NCBI GenBank assembly: GCA_964637995.1
Contig: CAZWXV010000001.1
Span: 41,186-77,788 of the forward strand
Source of the DNA: an uncultured Candidatus Saccharibacteria bacterium
Lineage (GTDB): Bacteria > Patescibacteriota > Minisyncoccia > Phycocordibacterales > UBA9973
Reading direction: 5' to 3'
Length of the DNA: 36,603 bases
Position 1 is the stretch's first letter; each line of letters begins with the position of its first letter. Positions 7,934 through 15,015 of the stretch are shown piece after piece. The translations under genes were made by a program, and so were the position numbers. The notes beneath the pieces are model-generated. The model did no database searches and was not told the origin of the DNA. It saw only the letters and a list, made by a program, of their open reading frames with translations.

Positions 7934-9850
7934 ATGAAGTTCGTAAGAAAAAACAAAAGAATAATCGTGTGGGCAGCTTTCCCGGTAGCCTTCGGGGTAT
8001 TGGTCTCTTCTTTTCTGTTCTCGTTTTTAAAAATCGGCAATGCTTTAGAAAATACAAAAAACGTGTTATTCGCGGTATCCATGGCGCCCGAAGAAAATCA
8101 GTCTGAAAAACCGCAATATTTTTACATAAACAAAAGCGAAGGCACAAAACCAAAAGTAAGCGCGCAGGCGTTCCTGGTCGGGGACTTGAAAACCGGCGAA
8201 GTTATCCTGTCGAAAAACCAAGAAACAAAATTCCCCATGGCATCGGTATCCAAGCTCATGACCGCGTTGGTTACGAGCGAGCTTGCGAAATCCGAGGATG
8301 TGGCCACGGTGAGTAAAAAAGCCATAGCCACTCTGGGCCAAAACGGCGAACTGCGGGCCGGGGAAAAAATAAAAGCCGCCGATCTCGTCTATCCCCTGCT
8401 CCTGGAGTCGTCAAACGACGCCGCGGAAGCACTCGCGGAACATTTCGGGCGGCAAAACTTTATGGATAAAATGAACCTGCAGGCGGAACAGCTTATGATG
8501 TCTTCCACGTCTTACGAAGATCCGAGCGGCCTTTCGCCAAATAATAAATCCACCGCCGCAGACCTGTTCAAGCTGGCTGGCTACATCGAAGAAAAACATG
8601 GGGAACTTTTTGACATTACTGCCAAGCGGAGCTATTCCGCGCCCAAGCACAACTGGTCCAACATCAGCCAGTTTTTGGGTAAGGACGGCTACTCCGGCGG
8701 GAAGAGCGGCTATACCGATGCCGCTCTCCAAAGCGGCGTGGCAATATTTGAATTGCCTTTGGGAGAATCCGGCACCCGGCCCATCGCTATCACCCTTCTC
8801 CGCAGTCTGGACCGCAAAAAGGACGTAGAGAATATTTTGAAATATTTGGGAAGCTACGTGTATTATGGCGGCAAGACCGACTCGGCACGGGCATGGGTAG
8901 AGGAGAAAGTCGGTATGCCACCGATATACGAACCATCTTTCGTAACTCTGTCTTTTCTGGGGGATATAATGCTGGACCGCGGAGTTCGGGGCTCGGTGGT
9001 CAAAAATTTTAAAAATGATTATTCCGCCCTTTTTGTAAAAATACCCCAGAAGCTCCTTAAGAATTCCGACATTGCGTTCGCGAACCTGGAAGGCACGGCC
9101 TCCGACCAGGGCGTAGACGGGAAAAATTTATATTCTTTCCGGATGGACCCGGGTGTAATCCCCGCTCTTGCCGGCGCAGGTCTTGATATCCTGTCCGTTG
9201 GGAACAACCATGTCGGCGACTGGGGGCGTTCCGCCTACGCAGATACTTTGTCACGCCTGAAGGAAAACGAGATTCTCTACACCGGCGGCGGCATGGGCGA
9301 AGCAGAAGCCGAAAAGCCGGTCATCATTGAAAAGTACAGCATGAAAATAGGATTTCTAGGATTTTCGGATGTAGGCCCCGCCTGGATGGAAGCGGGCAAG
9401 CAGAAGGCGGGTATGCCTGCGAAGGCAGGGCTGCTCCTTGCCAGCGACCCGCGTTTTGATGAAATCGTGCAAAATGCCGCCAGCCAAGTGGATTTTCTCA
9501 TCGTCTCCTTCCACTGGGGCGATGAATACCAGGCCAAACATAATGCCCGGCAGGAATATCTGGCACACCGCGCGGTGGACCATGGCGCGAAACTGATTAT
9601 CGGCCACCATCCTCATGTCGTCGAAGATACGGAAGTTTATAAAGAAAGTTTTATAGCTTATTCCCTTGGCAATTTCATCTTTGACCAATCATGGTCCAAG
9701 CCAACCATGCAAGGCATGCTCCTGCAGGTCAAGCTCTGGAAGGACGGCACGCTGGACGTAAAGAAAAACACCACCTACTTGAATTCCGTCTTTCAGCTCG
9801 ACCGCATAACGGAAGGCAAAGAGGAGAAAATAAAATTTCAGAATCCCTAG
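7934..9850 (+). CDS. Fusion protein: membrane-anchored D-alanyl-D-alanine carboxypeptidase (S11 PBP) plus a CapA/PGA_cap metallophosphoesterase-like domain
   Basis: An N-terminal TM helix is followed by the PBP triad SVSK (SxxK), SSND (SxN) and KSGYT (KTG-like). The C-terminal half carries the CapA blocks FANLEG, NNHVGDWG, VSFHWGDEY and IGHHPHV. Confidence 0.85.
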   Translation: MKFVRKNKRIIVWAAFPVAFGVLVSSFLFSFLKIGNALENTKNVLFAVSMAPEENQSEKPQYFYINKSEGTKPKVSAQAFLVGDLKTGEVILSKNQETKFPMASVSKLMTALVTSELAKSEDVATVSKKAIATLGQNGELRAGEKIKAADLVYPLLLESSNDAAEALAEHFGRQNFMDKMNLQAEQLMMSSTSYEDPSGLSPNNKSTAADLFKLAGYIEEKHGELFDITAKRSYSAPKHNWSNISQFLGKDGYSGGKSGYTDAALQSGVAIFELPLGESGTRPIAITLLRSLDRKKDVENILKYLGSYVYYGGKTDSARAWVEEKVGMPPIYEPSFVTLSFLGDIMLDRGVRGSVVKNFKNDYSALFVKIPQKLLKNSDIAFANLEGTASDQGVDGKNLYSFRMDPGVIPALAGAGLDILSVGNNHVGDWGRSAYADTLSRLKENEILYTGGGMGEAEAEKPVIIEKYSMKIGFLGFSDVGPAWMEAGKQKAGMPAKAGLLLASDPRFDEIVQNAASQVDFLIVSFHWGDEYQAKHNARQEYLAHRAVDHGAKLIIGHHPHVVEDTEVYKESFIAYSLGNFIFDQSWSKPTMQGMLLQVKLWKDGTLDVKKNTTYLNSVFQLDRITEGKEEKIKFQNP

Positions 9851-9867
9851 TGATTTCCCTAGGGATT
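9842..9867. promoter_or_regulatory. Perfect 9-bp inverted repeat AATCCCTAG-N8-CTAGGGATT (candidate operator or hairpin)
   Basis: The arms are at 9842-9850 and 9859-9867. The repeat overlaps the stop codon of the upstream gene and abuts the -10 of the AbrB-like micro-ORF. Confidence 0.45.
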
Positions 9868-9875
9868 GATATAAT
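9867..9875 (+). promoter_or_regulatory. Extended -10 TGATATAAT, 6 nt upstream of the ATG at 9882
   Basis: TGATATAAT-taagga-ATG. Confidence 0.45.
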
Positions 9876-9881
9876 TAAGGA

Positions 9882-10049
9882 ATGAGAAAACTAAACAAGA
9901 CAGGGATAAGAAACATACAGCAGTCCGGCGGGTCATATTACATTACTCTGCCGATTGAAATAGTAAGGTCGTTCAGATGGAAAGAAAGACAGAAAGTGGT
10001 AGTTAAAAAAATCCGCGGCGGAATCCAAGTCAAAGATTGGAAGAAATAA
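9882..10049 (+). CDS. AbrB/MazE/SpoVT-family small DNA-binding protein (55 aa, absent from the ORF track)
   Basis: My own translation is MRKLNKTGIRNIQQSGGSYYITLPIEIVRSFRWKERQKVVVKKIRGGIQVKDWKK. The segment SYYITLPIEIVRSFRWKE..KV is the typical swapped-hairpin AbrB/SpoVT motif. Confidence 0.65.
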   Translation: MRKLNKTGIRNIQQSGGSYYITLPIEIVRSFRWKERQKVVVKKIRGGIQVKDWKK

Positions 10050-10052
10050 AAT

Positions 10053-10667
10053 TCAGAAATTCGGAAGAATTTTTTTGAGCTTACTTTGTAAATCTTGTGC
10101 GGTGGTAAATAAAATACTTTCAATGCCTAGAGCTCTGGCCGCTTCTATATTCCTCTCATGGTCATCTATAAAAAGACATTCTTCGGGTTTTGCGTTCAGT
10201 TTTTGTAAAACTTTTTGAAATGCGGAGGGATGTGGTTTTGAAACTTTGTCTTCGTAGGAATACGAGAGTGCGTCAAACAATTTATGGAAGTCGAATTTCT
10301 TTTCCAGGTAATCAATCCACTCTTTGCCGTGAATTGATAAGATGGCAGTCTTATACCCAAGCTTTCTGACTTTTATAACAATGGCTCTAGTGCCTTCAAC
10401 TTCTCGAAAATTTTCCCTAAGATGGGCTTTTAAATATTCTTGGGTTCCTAGTTCAGGATATTGCCTCAGAACTGCCTCAAGATACGCATCCTCGCTGACA
10501 TTTCCAAGAAAAAGTTCCTCCACGATAGGAACAAGCAAGGGTGTCTTAAAGAGAGCATCACTGATTTTATGCTTTTCCTTTAGCGCAAGACCGGTATCTC
10601 GTATGCCGTGTATTAAAACTTCTCCTAAATCAAAAATTATATTCTTGATCTTGTTGTTTTGATGCAT
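10053..10667 (-). CDS. HAD-superfamily hydrolase
   Basis: Motif I is IIFDLGEVL and the C-terminal motif is LFIDDHERNIEAARALGI. The second motif-I Asp is replaced by Gly (DxG), so it may not be a classical phosphatase. Confidence 0.85.
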   Translation of the reverse strand: MHQNNKIKNIIFDLGEVLIHGIRDTGLALKEKHKISDALFKTPLLVPIVEELFLGNVSEDAYLEAVLRQYPELGTQEYLKAHLRENFREVEGTRAIVIKVRKLGYKTAILSIHGKEWIDYLEKKFDFHKLFDALSYSYEDKVSKPHPSAFQKVLQKLNAKPEECLFIDDHERNIEAARALGIESILFTTAQDLQSKLKKILPNF

Positions 10668-10672
10668 AATAT

Positions 10673-12814
10673 TTATTTCGCTATCTGGGTAGCTTCTTCG
10701 AATTTTACGGACAGGAGTTTGGAGGCGCCGTCGGATCCTATGGTGATGCCGTAGAGCACCCCGGCGCGAGACATGGTTTCGCGGTTGTGGGTAACCACGA
10801 TGAGCTGGGAGCGCTTGGAGAGTTTTTCCAGCATGTCACCGTATTTGCGCGAGTTCGCTTCATCAAGCGCGGCATCGGTCTCGTCTAAGATGAGGAACGG
10901 CGGCGGGTTGACCTGGGACATCGCAAAGAGAAGCGCGATGGAGGTGAGTGAGCGCTCGCCGCCGGAGAAAGCATGCAGGTCTTTTACCTTTTTATGGGGC
11001 AAGGACACGTTTATCTCTATGCCCTGCTCGGGCTCGCCTTCCTCTTCGCCCGCCAAAGCCTCAGCGTCGGCGGGTTCTTCATTCTCATCAAATTCTATTT
11101 TTCTTCTTCGCCTCATCTCGGTCACGACAGCGAGCGAAGCATGCCCGCCGCCGAAAAGTATCGCGAAAAATTCCTGGAATTCCTTGTTTATTTTTTTAAC
11201 ACCCTCTTTAAATTCTGTATCGATCTTTTCTTTAAGATCGGTTATGAGCACTTTAAGGGACTCTATGCTTTTTCCCAAGTCTTCCAGCTCTTTCTCAAGG
11301 AATCGGTCCCGTTCGGTTACCTCTCCATATTCTTTCATTAGTTCCGCGCCGCCGCCGATTCCAGTGTCTTCCAGTTTTATTTTAATGCGTTCTATTTTTT
11401 TCTTTAATTCTTCCTGGGTGGTATCTGTCTTCTGATTGTCTTTGTTATTTTTGTAAGCCAAAATATCCTCGCCCAGGAGGACACCGCCCTCTTTGAGCTC
11501 GCTCTCAAAAGCGTCTTTCCGTATCCTTAAATTTTCTTCTTTTATTTTGACCAGTTCCAGTGCGGAATGAACTTCCTGCTCTCTGACTTTCCAAGCAAAT
11601 TTCTCACGCTCCAGATCCCGCAGAGCCTCCATCTCTTTATTAATGTCCTGTTTGAAGTTTTCCGCAAGCGCCGCATTTTCTTTTTCTTCGTTTTCAACCC
11701 GTCTAATCTCCGCAAGAGTTGACGCCTGTGTTTTTTTGAGTTCTTCCAATTCCTCGGTTTCGTGCCGCTTTTTTTCCGACTGCTCCGGGTCGGTCTCCGC
11801 AATAACGCTACCGCACATTGGGCACCGGCCGGAAATCTTGGCCTTCCTGTCCCCGGCCTCTATCATGCCCTCTATACGTCCGATTTTGCGCTCAAGTTCG
11901 TTCTTCTCCGACCGTAAAGAGTTTACCTTCTGCTCGACGGCGCGGAGGTCCTCTATTTTCTTTCCGCCCGAAGCATCATTTTGATCTTCAGTCTTGGAAA
12001 TTTTCGCGCTTACTTCGCGAAGTTCGCCCGACAACCGCCCGTGCTCCGAGGCAAGCTCGTTTTTTTCGCTTTGCAGGTAAATTTCTTCTTTTTTCAGATA
12101 TTTCCCGTAAAGAGCGGATAGTTCGCTACGCATTTCTTTTGCGCGCTCGAGCTTTTCCACCTGCTTTTCCAGAAACTTAAGGTGTGGCGCGTTCTCGCGG
12201 CGGAGCAGGGTCACCTCCTTCATGTTCTCGTTCGTCCGTTCGAGCTTTCGTTCGCTTTCTTTTATTTTGTACTGGTAGATGCGGAGGCCCAGGGCGTCTT
12301 CCACCATTTCTTTCCTATCGCGCGCCGATGCGGAGAGAATTCTGTCCGCCTCGCCCTGCGAAATTATATGGTGCCCGGAAGAGCCGATGTGGACCGATGC
12401 GAGCAGGCCATGGATATCTTTGAGCCGGACCTCCGAGCCATTCAAAATGTACTTGTTGACTCCGTCGGAGTAAACCTCGCGTGAAATAGAAATGACGTCA
12501 TAATTTAAATTTATATCTTCTCCCGCGTCATTCCAGAGTTTGAAAATTTTATCAGCATTATTGAAATAAGCAGTGATGGACGCGCGCGTGCCACGTGAGA
12601 GATTCTTGGATCCTTTAAATACCAGGTCCGCACCGCCCTTGCCGCGCATGGATTTCATGGACTGCTCGCCCAGAACGAAACGCACCGCTTCCACCACATT
12701 GGACTTTCCGCTGCCGTTCGGACCCACTATGGCCACTATGGGGCTCTCGAACTCCAAGACCGTTTTATGGGCGAAAGATTTAAAACCGTTTAAGGAAAGC
12801 GTTTTGAGCCGCAT
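10673..12814 (-). CDS. smc: SMC-family chromosome partition ATPase, short and hinge-less, with a central CPxCG motif
   Basis: SMC head motifs GFKSF, GPNGSGKSN, FSGGERSL, FLILDETDAALDEAN and VVTHN are present. The position directly downstream of rnc is the classic rnc-smc order. The protein is 713 aa with CPMCG at residues 331-335. Confidence 0.85.
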   Translation of the reverse strand: MRLKTLSLNGFKSFAHKTVLEFESPIVAIVGPNGSGKSNVVEAVRFVLGEQSMKSMRGKGGADLVFKGSKNLSRGTRASITAYFNNADKIFKLWNDAGEDINLNYDVISISREVYSDGVNKYILNGSEVRLKDIHGLLASVHIGSSGHHIISQGEADRILSASARDRKEMVEDALGLRIYQYKIKESERKLERTNENMKEVTLLRRENAPHLKFLEKQVEKLERAKEMRSELSALYGKYLKKEEIYLQSEKNELASEHGRLSGELREVSAKISKTEDQNDASGGKKIEDLRAVEQKVNSLRSEKNELERKIGRIEGMIEAGDRKAKISGRCPMCGSVIAETDPEQSEKKRHETEELEELKKTQASTLAEIRRVENEEKENAALAENFKQDINKEMEALRDLEREKFAWKVREQEVHSALELVKIKEENLRIRKDAFESELKEGGVLLGEDILAYKNNKDNQKTDTTQEELKKKIERIKIKLEDTGIGGGAELMKEYGEVTERDRFLEKELEDLGKSIESLKVLITDLKEKIDTEFKEGVKKINKEFQEFFAILFGGGHASLAVVTEMRRRRKIEFDENEEPADAEALAGEEEGEPEQGIEINVSLPHKKVKDLHAFSGGERSLTSIALLFAMSQVNPPPFLILDETDAALDEANSRKYGDMLEKLSKRSQLIVVTHNRETMSRAGVLYGITIGSDGASKLLSVKFEEATQIAK

Positions 12815-12817
12815 ATT

Positions 12818-13513
12818 TTAGTCTGCCCAGTTTTTTGTTTTTAATGCTGCGAGCGCCGCCGCCTGTTCCGCCTCCTGTTTGGATTTGCCTTTCCCGAGCG
12901 CGATTTGTTCCGTATTGAAATAAATACCTACGGTAAAATGCTTGTCGTGGTCCGGGCCACGCTCCTCCAGAACTTTGTACATCGGAGTGCACTGTACAAA
13001 TTCCTGCGCTTTTTCCTGCACCAGGGACTTTGCGTCCCGCCAGAGCTTTTTATCCACTATTTCCTCCGTCTTGGGTAAAAGTGTTTCGGTAATGAAAAGA
13101 TCTGCGGCGGCATAGCCCTGGTCCATGTAAATCGCCCCGATAAGCGCTTCATAAGTATTTGCCAAGATGTACTGCCGGGCCTTGCCGCGATCTTTGGCTT
13201 CGCCCTTGGACAACAGTAGATAATCGTTCATGCCGATACTCTCCGCGACGCTTGAGATTATGACCGCGTTTACGAGGGCGGACCGAAGCGCGGTCAGCTC
13301 GCCTTCGGTATGATTGGGATACTTCTTGTAAAGAAAGTCTGTCACCGAAAGTTCCAGCACTGCATCGCCTAAAAATTCCAACCGCTCGTTGTGGGCAAGC
13401 GCGGAAGATTCGTTTTCGTTGATGTACGAACGGTGAATAAATGCCTGCCGGAGGAGGCCCTTGCTCTTAAAATTTACCTTTATTTTTTTCTCAAAATCTG
13501 CGAATTGGACCAT
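12818..13513 (-). CDS. rnc: Ribonuclease III
   Basis: The ERLEFLGDAVLEL signature is present, with a C-terminal dsRBD (GKGKSKQEAEQAAALAAL). Confidence 0.97.
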   Translation of the reverse strand: MVQFADFEKKIKVNFKSKGLLRQAFIHRSYINENESSALAHNERLEFLGDAVLELSVTDFLYKKYPNHTEGELTALRSALVNAVIISSVAESIGMNDYLLLSKGEAKDRGKARQYILANTYEALIGAIYMDQGYAAADLFITETLLPKTEEIVDKKLWRDAKSLVQEKAQEFVQCTPMYKVLEERGPDHDKHFTVGIYFNTEQIALGKGKSKQEAEQAAALAALKTKNWAD

Positions 13514-13524
13514 GGCGGTATTGT

Positions 13525-14442
13525 TTACTTCTTACTGATAATTTCTACCGCTTTGCCGATAAGCGGGATTATGTCGTTGTAAATGCGGAGCTCCGGGATA
13601 GCGGACACGGGAAACCAGCGAGCCCCATCAAGCCCGGTGGATTTCTCGAGCACAAGTTCCTTGTATTCGCTTCGCGCCAAAAAATATACCACTCGCTTCA
13701 AACTCTTGCCTTTTTCCGGGTGGGACGCCACATACTCGTTCTCTCCGAGTTTTTCTTCTATGTCGATGTCCAGCCCTATCTCCTCTTTTATCTCCCTCCT
13801 GGTTGCCTCTTCTTCGTTCTCATCTTCCGACATCCCACCCTTGGAAATGGTCCAGTAGCCGAAAACATCGTGCACCAGAGCAAACATCGCCACCCCGTCT
13901 TTGTGGGTATAGATAAGCGCTCCGCCTTTTTTATCCACCGGAAGCTTCGAGATGTCTACCGGTTCGTCTTTTTTCTTCTTGCGGCTCTGCTGGTCTTTGC
14001 CCGGCTCGCCGATTTCTTTGTAGACGGCACCCAGAACTCCATTCACAAATTTGCCGGAATTCTCACCGCCAAAAGTCTTCGCAAGCTCTATGGCTTCGTT
14101 GATGGCAACCTTGGGCGGCACTTCGGAGCTGTCACCGAAAAGAAGTTCCGTAAGCCCGATGCGTAAAATATTCCGGTCAATTACCGAAATTTTATCCAGA
14201 GGCCAGTCCGGCGCGGCTTTTTCTATTATCTCGTCCACCGTCGCGCGCTTCTTGAGTGTAAGTTCCAGGAGCGCGGACGCGAAAGGGTCCTCCTCGAAAC
14301 CGGGAGCAAATTCCACAAGATTCCTTTTTAAAGTATCTTTTATCTCGAGGTCGGAATTTGCGGGCTTTTGGTCAGCCGGCAAGAAATCCCATTCGAAAAG
14401 AGTTTGGAGCACTATTGACCTTGAAAGGTGCCGATTAGCCAT
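13525..14442 (-). CDS. nusB: Fusion protein: transcription antitermination factor NusB plus a Nudix hydrolase
   Basis: The N-terminal ~145 aa are NusB-like (SRSIVLQTLFEWDF, KVAINEAIELAKTFGGENSGKFVNGVLG). A Lys-rich linker follows. The C-terminal part has a perfect Nudix box, GGMSEDENEEEATRREIKEEIGL. Confidence 0.85.
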   Translation of the reverse strand: MANRHLSRSIVLQTLFEWDFLPADQKPANSDLEIKDTLKRNLVEFAPGFEEDPFASALLELTLKKRATVDEIIEKAAPDWPLDKISVIDRNILRIGLTELLFGDSSEVPPKVAINEAIELAKTFGGENSGKFVNGVLGAVYKEIGEPGKDQQSRKKKKDEPVDISKLPVDKKGGALIYTHKDGVAMFALVHDVFGYWTISKGGMSEDENEEEATRREIKEEIGLDIDIEEKLGENEYVASHPEKGKSLKRVVYFLARSEYKELVLEKSTGLDGARWFPVSAIPELRIYNDIIPLIGKAVEIISKK

Positions 14443-14517
14443 TTTTTTGGGTTATGGGCGCTAGGCGCGACCGCTTTAGCAACAACGCTAGCGCGATCAG
14501 GCCTAAGGCCTAACTTT

Positions 14518-14745
14518 CTACTTCGCTGCCAACGCTTTTGCCTTGGCTTTTTTCTGCTTCTTTTCCGCCTTTTTGACCAGATCCAGAACCTTCTTACCGC
14601 GGTAAAACCCACAGACAAGGCAAACACTATGGCGCAGTTTGAGGGTTTTGCAATTATCGCACGCGGAAAAATTGGTGCTCTCTAGCGCGTGGTGCGAGCG
14701 CCTGTTTTTCGTATGCGATTTTGTATGCCTCATCCTTACAACCAT
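14518..14745 (-). CDS. rpmF: 50S ribosomal protein L32
   Basis: MVVRMRHTKSHTKNRRSHHAL is followed by CDNC...CLVCG zinc-ribbon cysteines. Confidence 0.95.
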   Translation of the reverse strand: MVVRMRHTKSHTKNRRSHHALESTNFSACDNCKTLKLRHSVCLVCGFYRGKKVLDLVKKAEKKQKKAKAKALAAK

Positions 14746-14754
14746 AGTGGTTTC

Positions 14755-14782
14755 ATACTAGCATATTATGGACGGAAAGCAA
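14755..14782 (-). promoter_or_regulatory. rpmF promoter: TTGCTT, 16 nt, TGC-TAGTAT, then 9 nt to the ATG
   Basis: The extended -10 TGCTAGTAT is at 14763-14755. The sequence gaaaccact then precedes the ATG at 14745. Confidence 0.5.
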
Positions 14783-14799
14783 AATTCTGCAATTAGCCT

Positions 14800-14828
14800 T
14801 TGACAAAAAAACTACCTTTTGCTATTAT
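14800..14828 (+). promoter_or_regulatory. Promoter of the thrS leader: TTGACA, 17 nt, TGC-TATTAT
   Basis: A consensus -35 is at 14800-14805, followed by an exact 17-nt spacer and the extended -10 at 14820-14828. Confidence 0.7.
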
Positions 14829-14835
14829 TATAGAT

Positions 14836-14991
14836 GTGTAGAGATTGTTATGGCTACCAACCATAATCCCTAGATTGAAGGGACCGTCTGGCTAATCTAC
14901 AACAAACAAAAAGAACAAAGTTGGGTGGAACCGCGAAATAGACTCGCCCCGACAAAAAGTGATAATTTTCATTTTTTGTCGGGGCGATTTT
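14836..14991 (+). promoter_or_regulatory. T-box riboswitch leader (threonine-type) with a terminator/antiterminator switch
   Basis: The T-box sequence AAAGUUGGGUGGAACCGCG is at 14917-14935. In the antiterminator, GUUGGG (14920-25) pairs with CCCGAC (14948-53). It has a 7-nt bulge UGGAACC, and GCG (14933-35) pairs with CGC (14945-47). A competing 14-bp terminator pairs 14945-14958 with 14973-14986 and is followed by AUUUUAAUUUU. AGAGA sits at the 5' end. ACC (Thr) triplets are at 14856, 14860 and 14883. Confidence 0.8.
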
Positions 14992-15015
14992 AATTTTAAT
15001 TAATAAAATAAATAT

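Noticed and set aside
14443-14517. GC-rich palindromes in the rpmF-nusB spacer. AGGCC-TAA-GGCCT forms one hairpin and GCGCTAG pairs with CTAGCGC.
   Set aside because: They could be an RNA processing site or a weak hairpin. There is no U-tract and no recognisable motif, and I cannot test conservation. This is too weak to call.
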